Below, one piece after another: positions 37,204-50,382 of a stretch of DNA of 64,000 bases. The stretch's first letter is position 1. Every line of letters starts with the position of its first letter. Source of the stretch: Torpedo marmorata (lineage: Eukaryota); contig OZ360223.1 in assembly GCA_977017645.1 (NCBI GenBank), forward strand, positions 170,996,001-171,060,000, written 5' to 3'. A program made the position numbers and the translations under genes. The notes beneath the pieces are model-generated. The model made no database searches. It worked only from the letters and a program-made list of their open reading frames with translations, and had not been told where the DNA came from.

Positions 37204-40200
37204 TAGAACATAGAACACTACATCACAGTACTACAGCACAATACAGGCCCTTCGGCCCTCAATGTTGGGCCGATCCATATATTCCTTCTAAAAAAAAAAA
37301 TACTAAACCCTCCCTACCCCGTAACCCTCTATTTTTCTTTCATCCATTTGCCTGTCTAAGACTCTTAAATGCCCCTAATGTTTCAGCCTCCACCACCATC
37401 CCCAGCAAGGCATTCCAGGCACCCACAACTCTCTGTGTGAAATACTTACCCCTGATGTCTCCCCGAAACTGCCCTCCCTTCACTTTGTACATACGTCCTC
37501 TGGTGTTTGCTGTTCCTGCCCTGGGAAACAGGTGTTGGCTCTCATAATCTTGTTGACCTCTATCAAGTCTCCTCTCATCCTTCTACGCTCCAAAGAGAAA
37601 AGTCCCAGCTCTGCTAACCTTGCCTCATAAGACTTGTTTCCAATCCAGGCAACATCCTGGTAAATCTCCTCTGCACCCTCCCCATAGCTTCCACATCCTT
37701 CCTATAATGAGGTGACCAGAACTGAACACAATACTCTAAGTGTGGTCTTACCAGAGATTTGTAGAGTTGCAACATGACCTCTCTACTCCTGAACTCAATC
37801 CCCCTATTAATGAAGCCCAGCATCCCATAGGCCTTCTTAACTATCCTATCAACCTGTACGGCAACCTTGAGGATGTATGGATTTGAATCCCAAGGTCCCT
37901 CTGTTCATCCACACTCTTAAGTAACCGACCATTAACCCTGTACTCAGCCTTCTGGTTTGTCCTTCCCAAATGCATCACCTCACACTTATCCGGATTGAAC
38001 TCCATCTGCCACTTCTCTGCCCAACTCTGCATCCTGTCTATATCGTCTTGTAACCTTCGACAACCTTGAGCTCCCATCCACAACTCCTCCAACCTTCGTG
38101 TCATCTGCAAACTTACTGACCCATCCTTCTGCCTCTTCATCCAGGTCATTTATAAAAATCACAAAGAGCAGGGGTCCCAGAACAGATCCTTGCGGCACTC
38201 CACTAGTCACCGACCTCCAGGCAGAATACTTTCCTTCCACTACTACTCTCTGCTTTCTTCCTAAAAGCCAAGGTTCCACTGATCCCGTGCCTCATGACTT
38301 TCTGGATGAGTCTCTTGTGGGGGACCTTTGCTAAATGCCGTGCTAAAATCCATGTAGACCACCTCTACCGCCCTACCCTCATCAATTTATTTTTGTTACC
38401 TCCTCAAAAAACTCAATTAGGCCCTTGAGGCACGACCTTCCCATCACAAAGCCATGCTGACTATCTTTGAGTAGACGGTACTTCTCCAAATGCTCATAGA
38501 TCCTATCCTTAAGAATCCTCTCCAATAGTTTGCACACCACTAACGTAAGACTCACCGGTCTATAATTCCCAGGATTCTCCCTATTACCTTTTTTAAGCAA
38601 GGGGAATACATTTGCCATTCTCCAATCCTCCGGCACCTCCCCTGCGGCCAAAGAGGATTCAAAGATTATAGCTACTACCCCAGCTATCTCTTCTCTCACT
38701 TCCCACAGCAACCTGGTTATATCGTGTCTGGCCCCGGGAACTTATCAATCTTGATGTTTTTAAGAAGATCCAACACTTCCTCTTCCTTAATCTACACATT
38801 GTCCAGCACACAGGCCTGCTCAATTTCGACCTCACTGTGATCAAGGTCCTTTTCTCTTGTGAATACTGACGCAAAGTATTCATTTAGGACCTCCAAGCAC
38901 ATGTTGCCTCCTTTATCGGCCCCACCTTCATTCTCGTCATCCTTCTGTTCTTCACATACGCATAGAACGCCTTGGGGTTCTCCTTAATCCTACATGCCAA
39001 GGCCTTCTCATGCCCCCTTCGTGCTCTCCTAAGTCCTTTCTTAAGCTCCTTCCTGGCTACCATATATTTCTCATGAGCCCTTCCTGTTTCTTGCTTCCTA
39101 TATCTAACATATGCTTCCTTCTTCCTCTTGACTAGTTGCCTGACCTGTTTCATCAGCCACGGTTCCCTTTTCCTACCATCCTTTCCTTGTCCCAGTGGGA
39201 CAAACCTATCCTGAACCCTGCGCAAGTGGTCCCTGAACTTCCTCCACATTACTTCTGTGCTTTCACCCTTAAACATCTGTTTCCAATTTACTCTTGCTAG
39301 TTCCTGCCTCATCCCTTCATAATTAGACCTTCCCCTTTTAAGCACTTTCCCATTTTGTCTGTTTTTATCCTTTTCCATAGCTATGTTGAAGCTAAGGGAG
39401 TTGTGGTCACTCTCACCAAAATGCTCCCCCACCGAGAGGTCCACCACCTGACCAGGTTCATTACCCAGAACCAGATCCAGTATGGCCTCTCCTCTCGTCG
39501 GCCGGTCCACATACTGTGTCAGGAATCCTTCTTGAACACACCTGGCAAATTCAGCCCCATCTATCCCTCTTGCAGTCAGGAGGTGCCAGTCAATATTAGG
39601 GAAGTTGAAATCACCGATAACTACAACTCTGTATTTCCTGCACCATTCCAAAATCTGCCTGCTTATCTGCTCCTCATTTGGGGGCCTATAGACTATTCCC
39701 AGCACAGTGATAGCTCCCTTCCTATTTCTGACTTCCACCCACACCGACTCAGTGGACACTCCCTCTGCAGCGTCCTCTCTTTCTATAGCCGTGATACTAT
39801 CCCTGATCAGTAATGCTACTCCCCCTCCATTTTCTACCTCCCATCCTATTCCTTTTAAAACACCTAAACCCCGGTATCTGCATCAGCCAATCTTGCCCTT
39901 CTCCAGCCAAGTCTCTGTAACGGCCACAACATCGTAGTTCCACGTACTGATCCATGCTCTGTTCATCCCCTTTATTCCTAATACTCCTAGTGTTGAAATA
40001 GACACATTTCAACCCCTCTAACTGGCTACATTTATGTTTTGTCCCCTGCCTGTCCTTCCTCACCAACTCAGAACACATAGCGTCATGCTTTTGTCCTTTT
40101 ACCCTAATCTCTGCACTCACATTCTGATTCCCACCCCCCTGCCAAACTAGTTTAAACCCTCCCCAACAGCTCTAGCAAACCTGCCCGCCAGGATATTGGT

Positions 40201-41270
40201 CCCTTTGCAGTTCAGGTGCAGCCTGTCCTTTTGAAACAGGTCAGACCTTCCCCAGAAGAGATTCCAATGATCCAGAAATCTGAACCCCTGCATTCATCTG
40301 CCACAACTTCCTGTTCCTACACTCTCTGGCGCGTGGCACAGGCAGCAATCCTGAGATTACCACCCTTGAGGTCCTGCTTTTTCACTTCTTTCCTAACTCC
40401 CTATATTCCCTCTTCAGGACATCATCCCTACTCCTATCTATGTCATTGGTCCCCACGTGGACCAAGACATCTGGTTGCTCGCCCTCCCCCTCCAGAATGC
40501 TATGAACTCGATCAGAGACATCCCTGACACTGGCACCTGGGAGGCAACATACCATCCGGGTGCCCTCGATCATGTTCACCAAACCTCCTATCTGCTCTCC
40601 TAACCAATGAGTCCCCAATTACCATAGCTCTCTTCTTCTCCCCCCTTCCCTTCTGAGCTGAGGGGCCAGCCTCTGTGCCAGAGACAACTTGTTCCTGGTA
40701 GATCGTTCCCCCGTCCCCCCAACAGTACCCAAAACAGTATACTTGTTGTTGAGGGGAACGGCCACAGGGGTGCTCTGCCCTGTCTGCCTCTTCCCCTTCC
40801 CTCTCCTAACAGTCACCCAGTTATCGGTCTCCTAACTTTTAGGGGTGACTGTCTCCCTGAAGGTCCTCTCTATAACTACCTCTGCCTCCCGAATGATCCG
40901 GAGTTCATCCAGCTCCAGTTCCTGAACACGGTCTCCCAGGAGCTGCAGCTGGATGCACCTCTTGCAGGTGTAGGCATCAGGGACAATTGTGCTGCCCCAG
41001 ATTTCCCACATCCTGCAATCGGAGCATTCCACTGCCCTAGCTGCTGTCTCCATTAACCCTTCCTACCTTAAAATCAAAGATCTTACATTTGTGGAATCAA
41101 GCTCTTCCTCTGTCACTCACACACTGGCCGCTCCGCTTGATCTTCCCCTCTTTTTATTGGTTAGAACTAATTGGCCCAATGGAGAGATCCAAAAGAACAC
41201 TGACCGATCACACTGCCGATTTATCTGCTTGGAACCTGTTTGCTCCGCCCCTCGCTCGCAGCTTGTTCCC
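37204..41270 (-). mobile_element. Near full-length CR1 LINE (ORF1 zinc finger plus SGNH esterase; ORF2 EN-RT), decayed
   Basis: ORF1 VECSDCRMWE..CKRC, LPGA, HVGTNDI; ORF2 [28 protein letters not shown]; 3' (TTCTATG) tail. Confidence 0.92.
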
Positions 41271-41638
41271 ACAGTCATTTTCCGTCTGGGCACTCTCCAG
41301 CCAGATGGCATTAACATTGACTTTTTTGCTTTCCACTAAACCTGCTTGTCGTTTCCTTCCCCTCCCCCCTCACCTGTCCTTCTTGTTTTTTTCCACCCAC
41401 CCAGCCATCCCTCCTCCCCCTCTTTGCTGCTGTCCCCTCCCTCCTTTCTCCACCTATCATCTCCTGCCTTCGCCGCCACCCCCCCCTTTCCCCCCTCACT
41501 GTTTTGTTCGGACGCCTGCCGGCATTTTCTCATACTTTGATGAAGGGCTCAAGCCCGAAAGGTCGGTTATGTATTTCTACCTTTGCTACATAAAAGACAC
41601 TGTTTGACCTGCTGAGTTTCTCCAGCATTTGTGTTTTT
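41271..41638 (+). mobile_element. Penelope-like element 3' fragment with hammerhead motif
   Basis: IFRLGTLQPDGINIDF (GIY-YIG C-terminus), pyrimidine-rich UTR, TTGATGAAGGGCTCAAGCCCGAAA, GACCTGCTGAGTTTCTCCAGCA. Confidence 0.8.
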
Positions 41639-42973
41639 AATTTTTTTAATTTTAATTCTTCAAATTCTCATGGGTTAGTCTCAGCTGCTTATGCCTTTGA
41701 GGTCAGTGGATGTTCAAGACCAGAAGTCCGTCCAGCAGCTGAAAATAAAGAATGAGCTCTTGGGTCTGAAGGGAATTGGAAAGTAGTTATTTGATTGAAG
41801 TGCGATATCCCAGCACTAATGTATATTATATTATATATAAAATATGTATTTTATATTTTGTACATATGTTTATTTATGTGCTGTGCATTGTGTGTATATG
41901 TGTGCATCATGGTCCAGAAAAGCGCTGTTTCATCTGGTTGTATATGTACAGTTAGATGATAATAAACTTGGACATATGAGACCTTTAATAGACAATGGTA
42001 GAAATTTTTGAGTAGGAAGTTGGTGAAGCAGGTAAAAGACATGATGTTCTTTGCCACCACCCCTAAAATTACAGATGATGCTCAGTTCTCCAGTGTCTTT
42101 GAAGAATTGAAAGCTGCAGTATGCTAATCTACCTAAAAAAAGAAATAGCATGACAAGAGTTTTAGCAGTAACAGCCATCCATTGTATAAGGGGTCTGAAG
42201 GTTAAGTGCAGTCTGAAATAACTTTATGGAAATCAAGTGGAAAGTCCAGCAGAAACATGGATAGTAGTTACATGAATAATGATGGGGATTATTGAAGTGG
42301 CAGGTAGAGAAGCATCAAGGGGATCCTTCTGTTGAAGCAAATGTCAAAATCTGAACTATCATCTGCACCACTGAGTAATTTGAAAGCTAATTGGACAGCT
42401 CTCACAGCTGCATGATGGGAGTACTTCTGTTGGTAACTTGTTTGAAGAATATTGTCTAGCTATGTCAAATGATTTGGTGTTGTCCAAAGTAATGGCACAA
42501 ATAATTCATCGAAGTGTTCAGAGGTAGAGTTCTGGAGATGTGGAGTATTAAAATCACCAGTGGATCAGTTGTCATATTAATTTATTGACAATCATTATTT
42601 AACTTGAGCAAATTAACAATTTGAGAGTTAACACCAAGACTGCTTGGCTGGCATCTCAAAACCTAAGCATTGACTCACTCCACTACCATAGATGTCATAT
42701 GTAAAAATGCATCCCAACCATGCCATGTTGAGGTGGTACATTTTTGGGTATTGGTCAATTAGTGACAGTCCCCTCAGCCAGCATTTACACAAGCGATTGC
42801 AAAATAACTGGACTTTGTGAGTGGTTTGAAGCTAAGGTGGGATGATAGAGGGTTTTTAGAAGCTCTTTTCCACTTTTCTTTCATTTCAAATATGTATTAC
42901 ATAGCGCAGAATCTAATTGCTTTATCAATAACATAACAATTTTCAGCTTTCATATATTTTTATTTTATTTTAG

Positions 42974-43207
42974 AAGGCATAACTGGTCTGAAGGAGCTAG
43001 CCTTTCTTCGAGATTTAGCAGAACAGAATTCTGCAAAATATGGAGTTCCAGACCGCACATCACTCCCTGTTGTAAAAGGAACAATGATGGTATTGAACCA
43101 GTTGAGTAACTTGGAGACCACTGTGGGACGGTTTTACACAAACCTGCCAAACCGAATGATAGATGAAGCTGTGTTTAGTCTGCCATACACTGACGAAATG
43201 GGTGATG
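42974..43207 (+). CDS. CACHD1: CACHD1 exon F
   Basis: tag|..G|gtatg; GITGLKELAFLRDLAEQNSAKYGVPDR...LPYTDEMGD. Confidence 0.95.
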
Positions 43208-43696
43208 GTATGTCTTTTTCTTTCTTTTGAGAGGAAGCTTTTTGTCTTTTCTCCTCTTCCCAATATTTCAATAGTTCCTGTTATCATCCCGATCAAAGAT
43301 TATGTATCTCTTTCGCTGACCTCAGAAATGCCAGTTGCATTATCAGTGCAATATTTAGAACATAACGTTTAGAATGAGACTGAGCCCAGTGAACCAGTCA
43401 GTTCTGCACTGAACTACATGGAGGAAAGGTATCCATTTTGAGGTTCATCCATATTTACCTGAACTAATTGATACAAATAAAATATTCAAAAAAAAAAAAG
43501 AAATAGTTCGACTGTTTGTGGAGGTAAAATTATTCAAGATGTCCACTCAAGATTTTGGTCCACTGGAAGGGAAAGGAAATAAAAGAAGAGCCCGTATTTA
43601 AAATGTGTCTTTCAAATCTTCAAGATGTCCCCGAGTGGTTCATGGCAATTTGTTATAGGCAATATTGCATATTTAAATCGGCTGGTTAAATTGTCC

Positions 43697-44110
43697 ATAG
43701 AACATTACAGCACAGAAACAGGCCCTTCTGGTCTGTGCCGAACTATAATTCTACCTAGTCCCACTGACTTGCACCCAGTCCATATACCTCCATACGCCTT
43801 CCATCCATGTACTTGTCCAAATTGTTCTGAAATGTTAAAATTGAGCCCGTATTCACCACTTCAGCTGGCAGTTCATTCTACACTGCCACCATTCTCTGTC
43901 TGAAGAAATTCCTCCAAATGTTCCCCCTAAACTTATTTACTTTGACCCTTAACCCATGTTTTCTGCTTTGTATCTCACTTAACCTCAGTGGAAAAAGCCT
44001 ACTTGCATTTACTCTATCTATACCCATCATTATTTTATATATCTCAATCAAATCTCCTCTCATTCTTCTAACCTGTTTAACCTATCCCTATTGCTCAGTT
44101 CCTCAAGTCC
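43697..44110 (-). mobile_element. CR1 3' fragment
   Basis: MRGDLIEIYKIMMGIDRVNASRLFP; CR1 tail. Confidence 0.85.
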
Positions 44111-44520
44111 CTGAGGTAACACTTTGATAAATAACCAGATAAGCTCTTATAATGTTGCTGGTAGATAAATGTGGGGCAGAACTACGGTACTTTGAACAAT
44201 GCTGTTGACTTTTTTGTGTCCACCTTTCGGAGGAATTGGAAGAAGGCACTTCTAACAATAGTGTAGCAGCCTATTAGTGCTGCTTTTAACTGTCAGCTTG
44301 CATTACCTGATGATATCTTTGGAGTGGTTCACAAATTTGTAACCTCTGAGGATGAAACCACTGAGTGAAGAATCGCATTAAAACTACGTATGCACTTTGT
44401 AATTGGCTACGGTGATATTAAGTTCACTGAACGATACTGCTAAGGTAGTGTGGCGGGTGAAGATCCTCTTAAAGCTTGCTCATATATGAACTTTGATTTC
44501 TATTGTCAGCCGATTGCTTT

Positions 44521-45226
44521 ATAGAACATTACAGCACAGTACAGGCCCTTTGGCCCATGATGTTGTTCCGACCGATGGAAACCTGCTCAACAAACTAAAC
44601 CTTTCCTACCTTACACCCATAACCCTTTATTTTTCTTGTATCCATGTGCCTGTCTATGTGTCGTTTACATGTTCCTATTGTACCAGCCTCCACCACCACC
44701 CCTGGCAATGCATTCCAAGTGCCCAATACTCCGTGTAAAATAAATAAATAAATAGATAGATAGAACCTTACCCCGACATCTCCCTTAAACTTTGCTCCCC
44801 TCACCTTGTACAGATGTCCTCTGGTGTTTGCTAGTCTCAACCCAGGAAAAAGGTGCTTGCTGTCCACCTATCCATACCTCTCATAATCTTGTAGACCTCT
44901 ATTAAGTCACCTCTCACTGTTCTTCGCTCAAAAAAGAAAAAGCCCTAGCTCTGTTAACCTTGCCTCATAAGACACATTCTCCATTCCAGGCATCATCCTG
45001 GTAAATGTCCTCTGCACCCTCTCCATAGCTTCCACATCCTTCCTGTGATGAGGTGACCAGAACTGAACACAATATTCCAAGTGTGGTCTAACCAGAGTTT
45101 TGTAGAGCTGCAACATTACCTCTTGACTCTTGAACTCAATCCCCTGACTACTGACGGCCAGCATGCCATAAGCCTTTTTAACTACCCTATCAACCAGTGT
45201 GGCAACCTTGAGAGAGCTATGGATTT
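44521..45226 (-). mobile_element. CR1 3' fragment inside a duplicated segment
   Basis: LYKTLVRPHLEYCVQFWSP; same truncation point and flanks as 25136-26045. Confidence 0.87.
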
Positions 45227-45590
45227 GGATTATTGCATGGATTACTTGGTGCTGAGCAACATTAGAGTTGTGATTTTTTTTTTTCCATTCCTAACAATCC
45301 CTCAAAATCCCTAAAAAATACATATGCACTTTGTAATTGGATAAGGCGATATTAAGTTTGGCTATGGGGTATTCCATGAGCAAGTAGATTTGGCTCTCAA
45401 TTTGGTGTCGCCTATGGCCTCAAGGTACTGAAGGTCCACTGGTGATTGTAGAACCCATTCATGAGACCCAACAATCTTTCTCGAATATGTACACATTATT
45501 AAACCAAATTAACACTCCATTCTGCATCTGTCTTGTTCTTTTCTCTTCATTTAATGATAAATAACATCGTTTTTAAATTTAATTTTGCAG

Positions 45591-45740
45591 GACTGATCAT
45601 GACTGTTAGTAAACCTTGCTACTTTGGAAACATGCTATTGGGAATTGTGGGAGTAGATGTGAATTTGGCTTACATTCTGGAGGATGTAACTTACTATCGT
45701 GATTCTTCTGCCTCCTACACTTTCTTAATTGATAATAAAG
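45591..45740 (+). CDS. CACHD1: CACHD1 exon G (Cache)
   Basis: cag|..G|gtgag; LIMTVSKPCYFGNMLLGIVGVDVNLAYILEDVTYYRDSSASYTFLIDNK. Confidence 0.95.
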
Positions 45741-46115
45741 GTGAGAGAACTGTGATTTTCACCACTATCAGTGTTAGAGCTGCAGACCAACATTATCTAA
45801 CTGCACAGGAGCAAAGACTTCCATGTTTTACCCATCACACAGGAACTTACTGAATTCTACACGAGAGTTCAACTGGATTGCAGATTTACCCAAATGTGCA
45901 GAGGGAACAAGAGGTCACTTTGAAGTGGTTGTTCCAGACTTGATCAGCAGTAAAACGTCAGGGCCAATTTGATTATCTTGTAATCTGCGTAACTCACCAC
46001 ATTATTAAACTGTTTGTTAATCAGCTCCTTTTGTGAAAATTGGAAACTGTTCTGAATATTCTACAGCATTGTAAATACAATTGAAATCTTTTGATGCTTT
46101 TCTTTTCCATATCAG

Positions 46116-46239
46116 GTTACACCCTTATGCACCCATCCTTGACTCGGCCATATCTGCTCACAGAACCGCCACTTCACACTGATATCATTCACTATGAAAA
46201 TATTCCAAGATTTCAGCTCGTCAGGCAGAACATTCTCAG
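46116..46239 (+). CDS. CACHD1: CACHD1 exon H
   Basis: cag|..AG|gtaaa; YTLMHPSLTRPYLLTEPPLHTDIIHYENIPRFQLVRQNIL. Confidence 0.95.
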
Positions 46240-46967
46240 GTAAAAAAAAAACAAGAGTTAGTTATTAAATAGAATAAGTAGCTCTTAATTGTCCAGAGTG
46301 AACAGCCCATACTCGGAAATCATTTGAATTGATCTCCTGATCTGCACTAAGTTAGCTGATCCCACCTTAGCCAGATTAGCTATTCCATTAATAATTTTGA
46401 GTCACTAAAGTGGAGAGTTGTCATATATATATCAAAATGATTTATTTCATTTTAGTTGAGGAGCTTCAAACTGGCCCACAAATCATGGCATATCAATGGC
46501 ATTTTTCTGATAATGGTTCTATCCATCGTCTCCCATGCTGGTCCAATGATCTGACCCCTATTGCGAAGAGTCAGCAGAGAAGTAGGGTCCTTCTTGTCTG
46601 ATGGTTTAATCCCTTGGATAAAGCCTTGGGTTTCCATTCAACTAGGAATTATTATCTTCAAACAACAAAGACCTTGAATAAAAGTTGAAACACTGCTGGG
46701 AATTGGAATTAAAAAAAGAAAATGCTGGAGTTGCTCAAATTAGCCAGCATCTGTGAAAAGAAGAGTTCTTGTTTTGGACAGTAATTTTCAGCAATCCTTT
46801 GAATATCGGCAAAAACAAATGATTCCAGTTGACTTTGTTCATGCTCTGTAAATTGTCCTCACATTTATTTTTCATCGTTATAGATTTTGCTAGGTGTAAT
46901 TTGGAATTTATGACAATGTTAATTGTAAACATGCAATAATGACTTTTTTCTTTAAATCTCTGTGCAG

Positions 46968-47085
46968 TCTCCCCTTGGGCAGTCAGGTTATTACTGTACC
47001 TGTCAACTCCTCTTTGTCTTGGCACATAAATCGATTGCGAGAAACTAGCAAGGAGGCCTACAATGTCAGTTATGCTTGGAAATTG
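46968..47085 (+). CDS. CACHD1: CACHD1 exon I
   Basis: cag|..TTG|gtagg; LPLGSQVITVPVNSSLSWHINRLRETSKEAYNVSYAWKL. Confidence 0.95.
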
Positions 47086-47295
47086 GTAGGTTGTTCTATG
47101 CTGAGTATGCCTTTGAATTTTGTTTTTCTCTGATCTGCGGAGATGTATAGAATTGTGGTTAAAAACCAGAAGAGCATGGGAAAAGTATCCTTGATTTTAA
47201 AAAAAAGTACTCTATTTATCTCTTTAATGGTTTACCACTAAGTTTTTGAATGTTGTAATCAAATTTGATCTGAGTAAACAGCTTTTAAAATAAAA

Positions 47296-47580
47296 AGTAA
47301 ATCACGAAAATCTGTAGACACCGTGGTTGAAGTAAAAACACAAATGCTGGAGAAGCTCAGCAGGTCAAACAGTGTATTTTATGTAGCAAAGGTAGAAATA
47401 CATAACCGACGTTTCGGGCTTGAGCCCTTCATCAAAGTATGAGAAAATGCCGGCAGGCGTCCGAACAAAAGAGTTGGGGGGGAGGTGGGGAAAGGGGAGG
47501 CAAAGGCAGGAGATGATAGGTGGAGAAAGGAGGGAGGGGACAGCAGTAATGAGGGGGAGGAGGGATGGCTGGGTGGGTGG
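47296..47580 (-). mobile_element. Penelope-like 3' fragment with hammerhead motif
   Basis: Reverse complement of 41395-41636 over most of its length. Confidence 0.8.
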
Positions 47581-47714
47581 AAGGACTGGATTTTAAAATA
47601 ATGAATGCTGATAAATTATCCAATTATAGGCTAAATGCATATTTTTCGGATACTGTGTTATTTTGAATTTTCAAATCCAGGAAACAGGGTTCCTTATATC
47701 AAGCATTTCCAATA

Positions 47715-48092
47715 CAGGTCCTTATCCTTTTATCCGAAATCCTTGGGACCGGACACTTTTTGGAATTCGGATTTTTTCGGATTATAGAATTATTTTAATG
47801 GCGGTACTTTTAAATAATTGCGTTGCTTCAGATTCGCAAAAACAAAGACACACTCCAACTAGAAGGGTTTCTGGATGGCGGCGTTGGATGGTGGGGGGTT
47901 GCGGTGGCGCTGGATTGGGGGGGTTGTGGCGATGCTGGACGGGGGTGTTCGCAGCGGCGCTGGACGGGGGTGTTTGCTGCGGTGCTGCACTGGGGTGTTC
48001 GCGGCGGGGGTGTTCGCGGCGGCACTGGACCTGAAAATATACTGGAAAAAATGTTCGGTTTTCGGAATTTCGAATAAAAAGATAAGCACCTG
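47715..48092. mobile_element. Tc1/mariner (pogo/Tigger-like) MITE with internal GC-rich minisatellite
   Basis: TIRs CAGGTCCTTATCCTTTTATCCGAAAT and ATTTCGAATAAAAAGATAAGCACCTG; TA on both sides. Confidence 0.8.
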
Positions 48093-48951
48093 TATAGAAA
48101 TTCAGACATTTGCAGTCCCTTCCACCTTCTACATTTTCTTATCTTACTGCTGTCTCCAGGAGCCTCAGTTGTAACATTGTAAGATTCCTCCTGATGCATC
48201 AGACCTTGTTGAAAAAGTATCTGCACCACTTAAGTTAATGGCAGCAGGATACCAAGAGCAGTCCATTGGAAGAGGGTGGCCTACCTGAATATGTGACCCA
48301 ATGCTGCACATACTTTTCTCATTGATTGTAGAAATCTTCCACAGAAATTGAGAGAAGTCTACTGGGCAGAAATAAATTTACATATTTATTTGAAGGGTTA
48401 GTCGTGAAACAGAATCTTCAAATGATACAAATGGAGTATTGTAAACCCCAGGATGTTTTGAAATGTACTTTGATTAAAAATGCAGGGAAGATGCAGAGGT
48501 GCTTCAGTGCTTCCACTACCACAGACTAGGAGAGTGATTAGGTATCGGGGAAGGGGTGGGGAGTGTGAACCCTTCTTGGAATTCTTTTTAATCCTTGATC
48601 TGCGGCAATGTAAAGGTATCAGCGACTAAGATTCATAATGCTACTCCATGAAGATTAAACCCCTACTTTTCAACTCCTTTGAGTGTGCATAACTGACATG
48701 AACTAATGTTTTTTTCCTTTTTTTTCTGATTTTTATTTCACTGATTAATTTTGAACTCAATCCTGCTTTTTTTCAAACAGTATAACTTGAAACAGTGTCA
48801 TGTTCAGCATGGATTTATTGTATTGATAGGGAACTTGATTGTTCAGTGAAATCTCTTCCTCTATTTTGCTGTGGTTCACTCGAAATAATGAACTGACAGT
48901 TGAAATGAGAATTGATTACAAAATGTTCTGGACACTTCTTTGTCTCTGCAG

Positions 48952-49120
48952 GTGCAGGACACATCATTTATTCTCTGCATTGTAATAGTCCAACCTGAGG
49001 TGCCAGTCAGACACCTGAAGAATTTGAATACTGCCCCTAGTAGCAAGCTTCTCTACCACAGGCTGGATCTTCTGGGTCAGCCAACCAACTGTTTGCATTT
49101 CAAGCAGTTAGCAACACTCG
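48952..49120 (+). CDS. CACHD1: CACHD1 exon J
   Basis: cag|..G|gtaag; VQDTSFILCIVIVQPEVPVRHLKNLNTAPSSKLLYHRLDLLGQPTNCLHFKQLATL. Confidence 0.95.
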
Positions 49121-50382
49121 GTAAGAAATGCTTTAACTCTCAGGAAATATTTGTCCTGATATTCCGCATTGCTCTTCCACATGCAATTTCCCTCCCACTC
49201 CCCATCCACAGCTGCACCAAATATAATGAAGAAAGCAATTGGATTACAATACCACAGATCTTTGCCAATTTTATTCTGAAGTGATTACAAGCCTCGCATA
49301 GAAGAAGCTTGATTTTTGAGCTCCTTTAGTCAGTTTCCTTGGTTTGTGTAGGGAAGTAAATAACTTTCAGAAAATGTCTTCCAAATGTATACTCCCTCTT
49401 GTGTTTGTGTGCAAGATTGGGATTAAACTATCTAGCTCTTATTGAGCTTTGTGTTGATATTCTACAAAGCAAGGAGGTTTTATGGAACACAGTGTTGCTA
49501 ATTTATGGCATTTTGTCAACTGTTAAGAAATAAAGATACGAGATCCCACAATTAATTTGTCATCATTTATGTTAGTAGTATAGCTGTGAAGTCCATTTCT
49601 CAATTTCTCAGTCCCAGTTCCCAACTAAATACAATGCTGGAAATAGCTGGTCAGAGAGAAATGGTCAATGACTTTATTTCTCGCTCCACAGATGCTCTAT
49701 GACACATTGAGTATTTCCAACATTCCTATCAGATTTCCAGCATTGCAGTATTTAACTTTTGGATTAGTCCCATTTTCTGAAGCGCAGCATTTATACTTAG
49801 TCCCCCACATGAGCTCCCAAGTCATATAGAACAGGAACTGGAAGGCTTCTGTTCATATCACAGCCCTGATAGTGGATGCCTTGGTTTCTTTGTGCATTTC
49901 TTTAGATATTAGGCATGTTAGGTAGTTGCAATTACAAATTAACATGAAAGCATCAGTACCGCACATTAAAAAAGATTTTTCAAAAAGTGTGAAGCTTTTA
50001 ATAAATTCTGCTTTGTGTGAAGATTTAATAAATTCTCCTTCTGTTGGCCACATTTAGTATTTATTCTGTATTAAGTAAAACCACCCCCCCCCCCCCCCAC
50101 AATCTTTACTCATGCAGCTAAACTCTCACTGTACGATCTGGACAGCATTGCTCCCACCACCAGTAAGCTTTCAAAGCCAAGTATTAAACAATTGCTCATG
50201 GCACCATTTTCTAACTTGAGTAAGAATTTGTGAAAGGAAAGGGAGAAAATTGGGGGACAAAATTAATTCAGCAGGCTTTGCTTTGATCATTTTTAATCTC
50301 AGTGATCTTTTGTGTCGGATGTGAATCTGATTAATATTAATTGGACAAGTGGTCCTTGTATTCAAGCAAACATTCCTGTTTT

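Noticed and set aside
41089-41607. 172-aa proline-rich ORF
   Set aside because: Spans the CR1 5'UTR/Penelope junction and a pyrimidine-rich tract; GTG start, no domain.
47868-48030. CRISPR-like array
   Set aside because: Tandem degenerate units without unique spacers, in eukaryotic DNA.
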